Source: Isurus oxyrinchus (taxonomy: Eukaryota). Taken from it: a stretch of DNA of 64,000 nucleotides. A program made the translations under genes and the position numbers. The stretch lies in NCBI GenBank assembly GCA_026770705.1, contig JANJGN010000026.1:28210001-28274000 (forward strand). The letters are read 5' to 3'. The notes beneath the pieces were generated by a model, which made no database searches, was not told the DNA's origin, and saw only the letters and a list, made by a program, of their open reading frames with translations. This document shows positions 36,845-50,342 of this stretch, piece after piece. Numbering within the stretch: the stretch's first letter is position 1; every line of letters starts with the position of its first letter.

Positions 36845-37138
36845 TGTACAAGTTCCTCACCTTTGTTTCCCGTGTCTCACTGCACTGTAATACTCCGCAG
36901 CGTCAGACAGTGAGAGTGGTAGAGCCTTTCTCAAGGTTCCAGGATACTTTAAACCTTCCCACAATTTTTTCATCTCTGAGTGTCGGGACGAGATACTAGG
37001 GAGCTCGATTGGAGAATTGCCGATAACAGAATCCAAGATCACTCGTAGCGAAAGTAGCAGAATCATGAAGTGAAATAGTTTGCCCTTCATTTCCCCCATA
37101 CACCGAGATCCATAATGTCTCCGAGTGACAAACAATAG
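36845..37138 (-). pseudogene. TRAV/TRDV pseudogene
   Basis: CHSETL...NEGQTISLH...YRQFSNRAP*YL...GRFKVSWNLEKGSTTLT, with a deletion and a decayed RSS (CACGGGA...ACATAGACT). Confidence 0.75.
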
Positions 37139-37575
37139 CTGCCAGAACAAGAATAAAATTAACACAATGATATGTACCTGGAACATAATTATTTTAAACT
37201 ATATAAATATATAATTATTGTTGCATAATAAAATGATCTATCTATCTGTCTGCCTATCTGCGTATCTATCTATCTATCTCCTTGCTTATGTTTCTTTTTC
37301 GCGGTTATGTATCTAGCTCAGTGTATGAAAGTCAGATCTCCTTGTATGTCCATCTCTTTACTTGGTACGTTCTATGACCAAGTTTGACCTAATATGTGTC
37401 TGGGCACAGTATCTACAGCAACAGCTTTGGGATTTTCTAACTTTATCTAGATGGAAGTTTGAAAATGAGAAAGTCACGTTTCTGAATATCGCCGGTATTT
37501 CAAAAGGCCCCGTTTGAGTAAAGGTTAAAGGTGCAGCGGAAACACGGCAGTGAACAAGATATTCGTTCTTTGTCT

Positions 37576-37987
37576 CACTGTGGCTGCTTCGCACCGTGAT
37601 AGATTCCGGCGTCCTGGACGGCTGTGTTGTCGAGAGAGAGTGTGCTGAACTTCTTCACTCGATCAAAAGACAGTGTGTACCGTCCTTTGGTCACGCTCTG
37701 CTCGCATATGGAGCGCATAAGTGTCAGAGCCCCTGTCAATGCTTGTCTGTACTACGGTATAACCAGAGCCAACAGAGAGCCGACAGTCCAGTTCAACCCG
37801 TTCCCCTTCCCGATCTTCTCTAATCCTCACACTGAACGGCTGTAAACAAAGGAAAAATTACTCAAATCACAACAGGGTATTAGGAAATTGGTAAGACAAT
37901 GCATCTGATTAGATAAATAAACTCACACAATATCCAGAGCATCAGGGACCCTATTGTAAACAGGCCTTTGCGGGGGTTTCTGTTCAT
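37576..37987 (-). pseudogene. TRAV/TRDV pseudogene (leader 37987-37927, V exon 37839-37583)
   Basis: Leader MNRNPRKGLFTIGSLMLWIL with GTGAGT donor. V has a stop and frameshifts: EGERVELDC...YRQ...GRYTLSFDRVKKFSTLSL...DAGIYHG. Heptamer CACAGTG present, nonamer absent. Confidence 0.8.
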
Positions 37988-38963
37988 GACGATGAAGATG
38001 GACAAAAGGCGGATCAATCAGGGTCTGATTTCCAGGCTGGAACTTGTTGCCGAGTCCAGGGCTCTCAATGGTGGAGAGGAGGGGGAAAGCGGAGAGCTTC
38101 ACATTCTTCTCTTATAGTGAATGACTTTCTCATCAATCGGCTTATTATTGGATGCTATCATCAGACGTCATTCAGTGCTTCACGCAGGGATTGGCTGCCT
38201 CAATGCAGAGAAATCTTGACCCGTCAGTGGGGATGATTTTTTCCTTCTCTTTACAACAATAAATTATTTTATTCAGGGTGATTGGATCTCTGGGGTATTT
38301 CTAACTCCAATGGTCACCGCCAGCTCAGAATCATTTAATTTAGCAGTGTTGTTTGCTGGTTCCTCATTGCCTGTCTCGGAAGCCCGAAATAAATTCACTC
38401 CTTTGCCTTTAAATCCATATTTGCTTCATATTTGTTTTCTGCAACAGTGCAATTTATATTTACCACGCCTTCCCTATGCTCTTTGGTCACTATGGTTTCA
38501 TTGAATTAGACAAACACAAACTATATTCACTGATTGACGTTAACTCCGATATCAGTGAGAAAACTCCAGACCGACGTTCACGCCGCCTGGAGGTGTTTAC
38601 GCCTAACTGCGTGCTTGCCCAATTTGTGTAATCCTGTATTCACCCCCCTGTTTCAATGTATTCATTCCCATGTGTTTCACTGCGGAGGGAATGTTTGCTT
38701 TAAGGGGAGATTGACCCACCAGAGAGGCAGACATCAAGACAGACAAGCTAACAATGTCAGAAACATGGAGGTAATCAGAGAAACGTGGAGGTAATCAGAG
38801 AAATCAACTGTCTGCAGCGCTCATTGATTGGTGGGGAAACGCCCCTCTGTTTCTCAAAAAGTGAAACCTGATCCTGTTCTGGGCTGCACTTTAATATCAG
38901 ACCAGAGGGATCAACATATTTAGAATAATCTGTGGTTTTCTGTTGAGCTCGATACCAGGCAGC

Positions 38964-39440
38964 ATGTGCTCCCCCTGTTCCTTACTGATAATAATGGTCT
39001 TGCTGCCTGGTCGCTCTATGTCTACATAGCCAGTGTGTTTACAAAGGTTATATTTCCTCACTGACTTTTGAAACATTCTGCATTTATGTTACAGGAACAA
39101 GTGGCTTGGATTCAGTGTCCCAGGATCCGTTTGAATTAATGATTCTGGAAGGACAGAGCATAACACTAGACTGCAGTTATTCGACAACCGAACCTGCCCC
39201 AACTCTGTCCTAGTACATCCAGCATTCCGGCGAAGCTCCGAGATATTTACTGAAAATATAAAGCTGGGGAATGAAGAAAGGTCTCCAAAGTTAACAGAAA
39301 GGTTCTCTGCTGATTTGCACAAAGGAAACAAAATTGTGCATGTAAATGTCTCCGGGGGTCTTCTCTCCGACAGCGCCGTGTATTCCTGTGCCGTGGAGCC
39401 CAAACTGCTGCAGAGATAGAGCGGGTCCCGTACAAAAACT
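38964..39440 (+). pseudogene. TRAV/TRDV pseudogene (leader 38964-39009, V exon 39095-39400), paralog of 51765-52199
   Basis: DSVSQDPFELMILEGQSITLDCSY..., conserved Trp changed to TAG, further stop/frameshift. RSS CAAACTG-24-ACAAAAACT. Confidence 0.9.
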
Positions 39441-40359
39441 CCACTGGAAGTTCCAGTTTGTGCTCAGCAGAGGGCGCGCACACACTGCTAAACAGAAGCA
39501 ATAAAGCAGCCTCCACAGTGAGGGTCACAGGGACCTTCCTAAAAGATCCAATAAGAACACCAAACGTTGGCAGAATTATATTAGCTGATTTCAACTCCAG
39601 CTTGTACCACAATCGATTTTCATAAATCTATTTGATTACTTTCATTTACTTGTTGCCTTTTGATGCCGTTTCTGTTCCTGTCTGTAATATTGAACAACCC
39701 TTTCCCCATTTCCCCTGTCGATTTCCTCTACCCTTTGTCCGCGGCCTGTTCACACGGTTTATTTGATCAGAGTGTGTTGCTGGGTCGGAGACAGTTTATA
39801 CACAATGAGCACAGCTCACCAGGCAGTGACTGTGATCTCTGAAACAAACCTCAGGTACAGAGTTCACCCGCTGATCACTGAGCTTCAGAATGTTCCCTTA
39901 ATGGTGGAAGATTTTCTGTCGCCATTAAAATCCCGAGCTTTCTGGTGATAATGAACAGACCAAGGTTTAATTCCAGCCACACCCGTCTCTAAAATTGTAG
40001 CTGTTCCTCTATCTGACTGTAGTCCAGCTCGGGGTGTTTCACTGTCAGTCAGCTGACCACCGAAGGATGTCACAGACCCATGGAGACAGAAGGAAGTGAG
40101 ATGCTACCTGAGACATAGCAACAAACTATTGAGGGTGGGGATTAGAAGAGATAAGTCCAAATCTGATTCTGTGATGATCTGCCGGTCGAAACGATTCTGC
40201 AGTTTGTTCTCTTGGCCGCTCCTGGAAACAGTTGGTGACAGTTTGATCCGAGGTTAATGTGGTTTTCTTTCCGTTTGTGTCTAAGCGACTGACAGCGCCG
40301 CTGAACATTGTGGCTGTACCTGCCCGAGACTCGATACAACCCTCAACCGACAAGGATTC

Positions 40360-40650
40360 CCAGAATGGAGTTTCACTAGGAAGGAAATACATATTGAAAA
40401 GTGATCTAATGATGAGGAGTGGACTAAGAATGTTCTGCAGGATGGTCCTTCTCTCTGCAATGCTGCAGCCCGAGAAATCCTCTGTCAGAGCAGAAATACG
40501 GAGCCCCGCCCCACTGAACTGCTGACCCAAACAATGCTAACCAGAACCGAGGCAGCAACCGGTCCAATAATACAGGGCAGGCAAGGCGGGTCAGAGAGAC
40601 GGCAGCAAACGGGAAGCTGTGGGCGGGGCTACAGCAGACAGTGTTTTCAC
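40360..40650 (-). pseudogene. Decayed promoter + leader duplicate of the 41794 V gene, no V exon
   Basis: Colinear similarity to 41720-41990 (GTGATxTAATGATGAGGAG...GAGAAATCCTCT...GCAGAAATAC...GCTGTGGGCGGGG). Confidence 0.6.
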
Positions 40651-41263
40651 ACATCGGACCCATTTGTAAGGAGCTGAAATCAATAATAATAATATCCCAT
40701 TCGAAAATGATGTAACTCTGTCTCTCTATGAGAACTGCTGTACTTTCACATTCATTCCATACTGTGGGAGAGCAGGGTGAATACAGGCGTGTCAGGATGA
40801 GTAAATTATTCAGTAATAAAGGGAATCTATGTCAGCAACCTCGGATAAAACTGGGCCTGGATCTATGGACAGCTGGGTTAGTCTGAGTTAATTTATAAAA
40901 AGTAACAATGGCCTGAAACGGTTAAAGTAAAGACTGGAAGAAGAGAATGTCTGAAATTATTGGTAACGGGTAGAGACAGAGACTGAGAAAGGACAAGTCG
41001 GCAGGGAAAGGCATCCAAGGAAAAGAAAGGTGATTTAAAGCACCACAGATCGATTCATTATGTTAATTTTTCTTAAATGCGCGAGTTGAAATCGCATATT
41101 GATATTACTGCTGAAGTGCTCATTGTCGGATCTTGTAGGGTGGCTGTGTTTTGTTGCAATTTTACGATTGGCCCTGTGACTCACTGTGGAGGCCGAATTA
41201 TTGCTTCTGTTTATCGGCGTGAGAGCGCCATCTGCTGAGCACTAACTGGAACTCTCAGCGTCG

Positions 41264-41794
41264 GGTTTTTGTACGGGATCCGCTATATCTCTGCAGCAGT
41301 GTGGGTTGCATGGCACAGAAATATACCGCACTGTCAGAGATCAGGACGTTGCAGATCATTAGCTCGGTAATCTTAGCTGTTTTATTCAACGTAGCTGAAA
41401 AGCGGTCGGTGTGTCTGTATAGCTCCCCTCCCAGGATACGAAGCACGTACTGTGGAGGTTGCCCGTGACGCTGACTGTACCAGTACACATAAGGGTTAGA
41501 ATCGCTTGTTTTCAAGGTGCAAGTTAGGGTGGCATTTCTTTCTTCTTCCGCCGTTATTTCAGCAACCGGTTGTTCCACTGTGTCTGGGTGGCTCCATTCT
41601 AACAATAAAATATAACAAAAACAACAATTAGCCTCAGCCTTATTTTAATCAACATAATCAGCATCGTCACCTTTTTCTTACCAATAGTAACATCTGGATT
41701 ACAGCAGTCAGGAGAATGGAGTTTTGCTGGGAAGGAAACACTTACCGAGAAGTGATATAATGATGAGGAGCGGAACGAGATGGTTTCCCGTCAT
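41264..41794 (-). CDS. Intact TRAV/TRDV segment (leader 41794-41746, V exon 41598-41304, RSS 41303-41264)
   Basis: MTGNHLVPLLIIISLL | EWSHPDTVEQPVAEITAEEERNATLTCTL...YVYWYSQ...SDSAVYFCAMQP. GT-AG phase 1. RSS CACACTG-24-ACAAAAACC. Confidence 0.9.
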
Positions 41795-42397
41795 ACTTCC
41801 TGAGTCTGTGACTGAGGCAGTGTGAGAAATCCTCTATCGGAGCAGAAATACAGATCCCCGTCCCACTGTACTGCTTATCCAACCAATGATAGGAATGGAT
41901 CAGCGGCAGCAATCTGTCCAATAACACAATCGGGTCACAGCGAGAGCAGCAAACGGAAGCTGTGGGCGGGGATACCGCAGACTCAATATTGAGTGAAGTG
42001 TGCGGTGACTCTCAGCTGCACCTGGAACTGGTAGAGCGGAAATAGCGACGGTTGAATCTGCAGAATTCTCTGACCATCCTACACTTGCTCACTGTTCAAC
42101 TGACTGAAAACAAACAGGATGGGAGGGACAGGAAGGGCTTAGAATCTTAGAGGAAGGTCTGAGGCAATTCGGCCAATCATGTCTAGGCTTCATTGAAAGA
42201 GTTATACAATTCATCTTTCGTCCCTGCATTTCCCACATAGCCGGATATTTTGCACTAGTTCCAGCTCTGAACAAGTGGCAGTGTAATAAATGACTATTTT
42301 TTTTGCTCTCAAAATGGTGGCCTTGAATTTTCGAATTTTCTGCTAATGGAAACAGTTCTTCTTATAAGATCTTATTAGATCTTCTTATATCTCAGGA

Positions 42398-45300
42398 TAA
42401 AAGAGCGCTAGAGAGCGACGGAGACACAGGGTAAAAGAGCGCGAGGAGAGTTCCAGCGAGCAGAGTCGGAGGGCGGTATTCCAGAGCGGTGAGAATAAAA
42501 ACCTTACCTCGGGGATTCGCGCGCGGACCTCGGGTCTTAAAGAAATTAAAAGTGGCGTCATCGTAAATCTGTGACCTGATTGGCTGGTAGAGAATCTATA
42601 CTGAATTTGAAACTAAACATTGTTAAGTTAATTAATCCAAATAAATTAATCACTTAATTAATAAGTAGAGGGTATCTAGACCAGAATCAGGGGATTAGTG
42701 TTCTTGTAATTTAACATTTACAGTAGAAATCTAGCCCTAGGGAACGTATAATTAATAAGGAGTCAATAAGCAGTTATTAGATTTAAATTAATTTGTTAAA
42801 TAGTTCTAGAAATGGCAGTTGCTGGGGTGAAGTGCGTCACCTATGGGATGTGGGAAATTTGTGACGCTTCAAGTGTCCTGGACAACTGCATCTGCAGGAA
42901 GTGTACCCAATTGAAGCTCCTCACAGACCGCATGGATCGGCCGGAGCAGCAGTTGGATGCACTTAGGAGCATTCAGGTGGCGGAAAGCGTCATTGACAGG
43001 AGTTTTGGAGATGTGGTCACCCCCAAGGTACAGGCAGATAGATGAGTGACCGCTAGAAGAGGCAGGCAGTCAGTGCAGAAATCCCCTGTGGCTGTCTCCC
43101 TCTCTAACAAGTATACCATTTTGGATACTGTTGGGGGGGTGGTGGGGGATGGCCTATCAGGGGAAAACAACAGCAGTAGCCAGAGCAGTGGCACCACGGC
43201 TGGCTCTGTTGTTCAGCAGGGGTGTTCAAAGCACAGAAGAACAATTGTCATAGGACACTCTATAGTCAGGGGCTCAGACAGCCGCTTCTGTGGTCATGAA
43301 AGAGACACCAGAATGGTATGTTGCCTCCGTGATGCCAGGGTCCAGGATGTCTCTGATCAGGTACGGGACATTCTGAAGCAGGAGGGAGAACAGCCAGAGG
43401 TCGTGGTACACATTGGTACTAACGACGTAGGCAGGAAGAGTGATGAAGTCCTGCAGCGGGAGTTCAGGGAGTTAGGCAGAAAGTTAAAAAACAGGACCTC
43501 TAGGGTTGTAATCTCAGGATTACTCCCTGTTCCATGTGCAAGTGAGGCCAGAAATAGGAAGATAGAGCAGCTGAACACGTGGCTGAACAGATGGTGTAGG
43601 AGGGAGGGTTTCCGATATCTAGATCAGTGGGATCTCTTCCAGGGCAGGTGGGACCTGTACAAGAAGGATGTGTTGTACCTAAACTGGAGGGGCACCAATA
43701 TCCTGGCTGCGAGGTTTGCTCGTGTCACTCAGGAGGGTTTAAACTAGTATGGCAGGGGGCTGGGAATCAGAGCAATAGGCCAGCAGATGAAATAAATGAC
43801 TGGGAACCAGTAAATATGGCCAGTAGGACTAAGAGGAAGGGCAGGCAGGGAAAAATTACTGAACGCAGTGGGACTGGGGGGTCTGAAATGCATTTGTTTC
43901 AATGCGAGAAGTATAACAGGCAAGGCAGATAAGCTTAGAGCTTGGATTAGTACTTGGGGCTATGATGTTATTGATATTACAGAAACTTGGTTGAAAGTTG
44001 GACAGGATTGGTCGATAAACATTCCAGCATTTAGGTGTTTCAGGCAGGATATAGAGGGATGTAGAAGAGGTGGGGGAGTTGCACTGCTGGTTAACGGGAA
44101 TATCACAGCTGTACAACAGGAGGTCACCTCGGTGGGCTCATGCAGCGAGGCAATATGGGTAGAGCTCCGGAATAGGAAGGGTGCAGTCACAATGTTGGGG
44201 GGTTTACTACAGGCCTCCCAATTGCCGGTGGAAGATTGAGGAACAGTTGTGTAGACAGATTCTGGAAAGATGTAAAAGCAATAGGGTTGTTGTGGTGGAT
44301 GATTTTAACTTTCGCTATATTGACTGGGAATCACTTAGTGCTAGGGGTTTGGGTGGTGCAGAATTTGTAAGGTGCATCCAGGGGGGCTTTCTGAGACAAT
44401 ATGTAGACAGTCCAACTAGGGAAGGGGCAATACTGGATCTGGTATTCGGGAATGAATCCGGCCAGGTGGTGGAAGTTTCAGTAGGGGAGCATTTTGGGAA
44501 AAGTGACCATAATTCAGTAAGTTTCAAGGTACTGGTGGATAAGGTTGAGAGGAGTCCTCAGATTAAAGTGCTTAATTGGGGAAAGGCTAATTATAACAAT
44601 ATTAGGCAGGAACTGAGGAATCTAGACTGGAGGTGGATGTTTGAGGGCAAATCAACAACTGACATGTGGGGGGGGGGGCTTTCAAACATCAGTTCATAAG
44701 AACTCAGGACTGGCAAGTTCCTGCTAGATGAAAGATAAGCATGGCAAGTTTTGAGGAACGTTGGATAACGAAGGATGTTATGAGATTAGTCATAAAGGAA
44801 AGGGAAGCATTCATAAGGACTAGAAGGCTGGAAACAGATGAAGCCCGTGGAGAATATAAAGAAAGTAGGAAGAAGCTTAAGCAAGGAGTCAGGAGGGCTA
44901 AAGGGGGACATGAAAAGTCACTAGCAACCAGGATTAAGGAAAATCCCAAGGCCTTTTATAGATATGTAAAAAGCAAGAGGGTAGCCAGGGAAAGGGTAGG
45001 CCCTTTCAGGGACAGAGGTAGGAATATGTGTATGGAGCCAGAAGAAATTGGAGAGATACTAAATGAATACTTCTCAAGAGTATTCACCAAAGAGAAGGAC
45101 TTAGTGGTCGATTTTTCTAGGGAAAAGTGTTTAGATAGCCTGGGTCATATTGAGATCAAAAAAGAGGAGGTGTTAGGCGTCTTGAAGAATATTAAGGTGG
45201 ATAAGTCCCCAGGGCCAGATGGGATCTACCCCAGAGTACTGAGGGAAGCAAGAGAGGAGATTGCTGGGGCCTTGACAGAAATCTTTGTATCCTCACTGGC

Positions 45301-46760
45301 TACGGGTGAGGTCCCAGAGGACTGGAGAATGGCCAATATTGTTCCATTGTTTAAGAAGGGTAGCAGGGATAATTCAGGAAATTACAGGCCAGTGAGCCTT
45401 ACGTCAGTGGTAGGGAAATTATTGGAGAAGATTCTTCGTGACAGGATTTATTACCATTTGGAAGCAAATGGGCGTATTGGTGAGAGGCAGCATGGTTTTG
45501 TGAAGGGGATGCCGTATCTCACTTACTTGATCGAGTTTTTCGAGTAAGTGACAAAGACGATCGATGATGGAAGGGCAGTGGATGTTATATACATGGATTT
45601 CAGTCAGGCCTTTGACAAGTCCCTCATGGCAGACTGGTACAGAAGGTAAAGTTGCACGGGATCAGAGGTGAGCTGGCAAGATGGATACAGAATTGGCTTG
45701 GTCATAGAAGACAGAGGGTAGCAGTGTAAGGGTGCTTTTCTGAATGGAGAGCTGTGACTAGTGGTGTTCCACAGGGATCAGTACGGGGTACTTTGCTGCT
45801 TGTAATATACATAAATGATTTGGAGGAAAACGTAACTGGGCTAATTAGTAAGTTTGCGGACGGCACTAAGGTTGGAGGAGTTGCAGATAGTGAAGAGGAT
45901 TGTCAAAGGATCCAACGGGATTTCGATTGGTTGGAGACTTGGGCGGAGAAATGGCAGATGGAGTTTAATCCGGACAAATACATGGTAATGCATTTTGGAA
46001 GGTCTAATACAGGCAGAAATTATACAGTAAATGGCAGAACTCTTAAGTGCATTGACGGGCATAGGGATCTGGGTATGCAGGTCCACAGGTCCCTGAAAGT
46101 GACAACGCAGTTGGATAAGGTATCCAGGACGGCATATGGCATGCTTGCCTTCACTGGCAGAGGTATTGAGTATAAAAGCTGGGAAGTCATGCTGCAGCTG
46201 TATAAAACCTTGGTTAGGCCACACTTGCAATATTGTGTGCTATTCTGGTCACCACATTACCAGAAGGATATGGAGGCGGTGGAGAGGGTGCAGAGGAGGT
46301 TTACCAGGATGCTGCCTGGTCTGGAGTTTATTAGCTATGAGGAGAGGTTGGAGAAACTCGGATTGTTCTCACTAGAGCAACGGAGATTGAGGGGCGACTT
46401 GATAGAAGTTTACAAAATTATGAGTGGCATGGACAGAGTAGATAGTCAGAAGCTTTTTCCCAGGGTGGAAGAGTCAATTACTAGGGGACATAGATTTAAG
46501 GTGAGAGAAGAAAACTATAGAGGAGATGTGCGGGCAAGTTTTTTATGCAGAGGGTAGTGAGTGTCTGGAATTCGCTGCCAGAGGAGGTGGTGGAAGGAGG
46601 TACAATAGTGGTGTTTAAGAAACAGCTTGAGAAATACATACATAGGAGGGGAATAGAGGGATACAGACCACTGAAGTGCAAAATATTTTAGTTGACAGGC
46701 AATAAGATCGGCGCAGGCTTGGAGAGCTGAATGGGCCTGTTCCTGTGCTGTACTTTTCTT
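42398..46760 (+). mobile_element. Near full-length CR1 LINE (ORF1 esterase, ORF2 APE-RT), inactivated
   Basis: ORF1 42812-43747 with an internal stop. ORF2 ~43870-46680 with FNARS, ITETWL, KSPGPDG, NYRPVSLTS, GVPQGS, KFADGT and several stops/frameshifts. CR1 3' tail present. Confidence 0.95.
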
Positions 46761-47219
46761 TTTTCTTATCATTTTCAATATTTCGATTAAATGTCTCCTT
46801 TAATAATTTGACAGAAGAAGACTAATATCAGTTTCTCTAGCCTGCTCACATTGAAGGCCGTCAGCCCTGGTGCCATCCCAGTCTACTTTCTCCAATATCT
46901 TGACATTCATGTAAATGGCATTTCTTTGGCGGCTAAACAGTGGTTTACAAAGGATTATTTTTACTTTCTGCCATAAACATCAACAAAGATAAGGACCAAG
47001 TCTGATTAGATCCAATTTGGATTTCTGAGAGAACATACCTGACATCGGTGTTTTGATACGTGAATCAGTAAACCTGAAATCAAGTCGATGGCCCCAATTC
47101 TCAACCGGATTGAACAGAATCCGCCAGCAGAGGACGCCAAACTCAAGAGTGCTCATTAGAAAGTCACGCGTCACCAACGCCACAGCCAATAAGGATGATA
47201 TCCTGAGTGAGGTCTCTCA

Positions 47220-47500
47220 GAGTAAGGGGTTGCGAATTTAAGACAGAGATGAAGAGGAATTTCTTTTCTCAGAGGATGGTGAATCTGTGGAATTCTTTAC
47301 CTCAGAGAGCTGAAGAGGGTGGCTCGTTTGGTAGATCCAAGGCTGAGATGGACAGACTTTTCATCAGTAAGGGAATCAAAGGTTATGGGAAAAAGGTAGG
47401 AAAGCGGAGTTGCAGATAATCAGATCAGCCATGGCCTCATTGAATGGTGGAGAAGACTCGATGAGCCGAATAGCCTACTTCTGCTCTTATGGTCTTTTGG
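47220..47500 (+). mobile_element. CR1 3' fragment
   Basis: FKTEMKRNFFSQRMVNLWNSLPQ. Confidence 0.85.
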
Positions 47501-47627
47501 TCACAATGAGCCTGGCCCCCTGCAGTGTGTGGATTGAACAATGAGCTGAACAGAGCCCGGGTCCCCTCTCTCCTTCTCAATCTCTGAATTATTCCATTCA
47601 CATTCACTGAGAGAGATTCACTCAGAC

Positions 47628-48169
47628 ACGTTTCTGATAATACTGGCAGCTGTGTTAGACAGCAAGTACTGGTTTATGTTTATCCAGACTGGTTAGCAGT
47701 TTGATCCAAAGAGCTTGTACTGGGAATTAATGTAGGTAACGATAGTTTGGTAAATGGGAATTTACGCACACTCATAGAGCTGATACACGTTTAGGTCGAC
47801 TCTCTTTAAGCTCCTGCTCTTTTCTTCATTTATTTTCATAGGCGGACTATGTCCAGATCCAGTAACTCAGTCACCAGTGACATTAAATGCGCCAGAACGG
47901 GACTGGCGCATTTAGAATGTATATATACAGACCAGGTTATATACAGAATGCAATGGTATCGGCAGAAGCCGGCACAACCTTCAAGTTGGGTAATCAGCAA
48001 ACAACTAGGACTGAAAATAGGTGAAATCTCAGGACGATATCTGACAGCTGCAGACGACTCTAAGAAGCCTGGTATCTCAATATAAGAGGCCTGAGTGTGA
48101 AGGACGGAGCTGTCTATTGTTACACTGTGAGGCCATGTCAGATATAAGCCGAAAACCCGCACAGAAACC
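47628..48169 (+). pseudogene. TRAV/TRDV pseudogene, inverted paralog of 28593-29143
   Basis: Leader ATG changed to ACG and donor GT to GC. V exon from 47842 with frameshifts (MQWYRQKPAQP...ISGRYLTAAD). Heptamer lost, nonamer ACAGAAACC. Confidence 0.85.
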
Positions 48170-48699
48170 TCAGCGAGTATTTACTGCTCAGTTAAGTGTT
48201 TCTGATGTCTATCTAGGACTTTAGCTTGTTCCCAGGCTCAAAGCGGACAAAAACTGACAGGTTTACTTTGAAATATTTGTATTGCTGCTTTTGGCCTTGT
48301 CCAAATCAGTAGAGAGCCAGCCTGGGAAATTTTGAGACTCGGCTCCATGGCCAGAGTTATATTTCTTCAGTAACTATCTCGAAGCTTACCCGGCAAATTC
48401 ATGTACCAACAGATCTAGAGAAAGCTCACAGATATGATTTAACTATAGCTGATCATTATGGTCTGTTCTTCCACACAGCTAACTCAAAGGGACCCAGGGA
48501 CATTTGGTCGACAATACTCGTCACTGCATCAAAACAAAGAATGTGTCAAAATCTGGGATTGAATTTAACACATGAAATAGACAATGATTCTTTAAGTATT
48601 GAATCACCAAGCAGCATGACCATTATCAGAAAGGACCATAGAGGGCACGTACTGTCTGGTATAGACTTCAACAGAAAGTAACTGAATTTCAAATGAATG

Positions 48700-49850
48700 T
48701 TGAGGTGAGTGGGTGAGGTGAGCGTGACTGCCTCGGACATCAGGGCAGCATTTGACTGAGTGGCATCAAGGAGAGAGAGCAAAACTGGAGTCAATGGGAA
48801 TCAGGGAGAAAACTCTCCGTTGATTGGAGTCGTACCAAGCAGAAAGGAAGATGGTTGTGGTTGTTGGAGGTCACCACAGTTCCAGCATGATCACTGCAGG
48901 AATTCCTAACGGACAGTCCTTGGCCCAACCATCTTCAGCTGCTTCATCAACGACCTTCCTTCCATCATAAGGTCAGGAGTGGGGATGTTCACTCATGATT
49001 GCACAATGTTCAGCACCATTCGCGACTCCTCAGATACTGAAGCAGACCATGTTCAAATGCAGAAAGGCCTGGACAATATCCAGCCTTGGGCTGACAAGTG
49101 GCAAGTAACATTCTCACAACACAAGTGCCAGGCAATGACCATCACCAGCAAGAGAGAATCCAACCATTTCCCCTTGATGTTCAATGGCATTACAATCACC
49201 GAACCCCCATTATCAATATCCCGGGGGCTACCATTGACCAGAAACTGAACTGCCATATAACTACAGTGGCTAAAAGAACAGATCAGGGGCTAGGAATCCT
49301 GCGGCAAGTAACTCACCTCCTGGCTCCCTGATCCCCATCTACCAGACACAATTCAGGAGTGTGATGGAATGCTCACCCCTTGCCTGGATGTATGCAGCTC
49401 CCACAACACTAAAGAAGCTTGACACCGTCCAGAACAAAGCAGCCCACTTGATTGGCACCCCGTCCACAATCATTCACCCCCTCCATCACCGACGAACAGT
49501 TGCAGCTGTGTGGACCATCTACAAGATGCACTGCAGGAATTCACCACGGCTCCTTAGGCAGCGCCTTCCAAACCCTCGACCACTACCATCTAGAAGGACA
49601 AGGGCAGTAGATGCACGGGAACACCACCAGCTGGGAAGTTCCCCTGCAAGGCATTCACCATCCTGACTTGAAAATATATCGCCCTTCTTTCACTGCCGCT
49701 GGGTCAAAGACCTGTAACTCCTTCCTTAACAGCACTGTGGTGTACCTACGCCACAGACTTCAGCGGTTCAAGAAGGCAGCTCACCACCATCTTCTCAAGG
49801 GAAATTAGGGATGGGCAATGCATTTTGGCCTAGCCAGCAGCCTGTAAAAT
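48700..49850 (+). mobile_element. CR1-like LINE RT 3' portion
   Basis: FSCFINDLPSII, WADKWQVTF, LKKLDTVQNKAA remnants plus the subfamily tail. Confidence 0.85.
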
Positions 49851-50237
49851 GAAGAAAAATCACAATTTAGCGTCGTGCAAGATAATACAATAATGGAAAG
49901 TACAGTCTAGCAGAAAATAACGGATCGGGATAATGGATGTATGAAATATTGCTGTCAGAAATAGTGATCACGCTCACATGTGGGAAAGAGTAAGATATCC
50001 AAGGGTGCAATCCCCAAATGTAAGCTCAGATTCATGTGTCGGATGCTATCCATTTGTATAAAACAACTGTCATAACATTCAAGCCAAGATAGCCACCAGC
50101 TAAAGGCATCGCCGTTGTGTATCAAACTGAGCCCAGCACCAGTTATACTGTGCACGTCAGACTCGGGCTCCGGGACTTCTGATGACAAAGTGAAGCTGTG
50201 AGGGAGCTTCAGCATTGATAGGCTGTGAGGTTGAGGG

Positions 50238-50342
50238 CTGCGCATGCGCCAGAACATCCGCCCACGTGACGTAATTCTGCGGTCTGCGTGACATCACCGT
50301 GTAGCCTTTGTGACGTCATCAGACAACCAGTGTGACGTCAGT
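50238..50342. promoter_or_regulatory. CpG-rich cluster of CRE/ATF sites with an NRF1-like palindrome
   Basis: GCGCATGCGC, CACGTGACGTAA, TGACATCA and two perfect TGACGTCA within ~105 bp. Confidence 0.55.
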
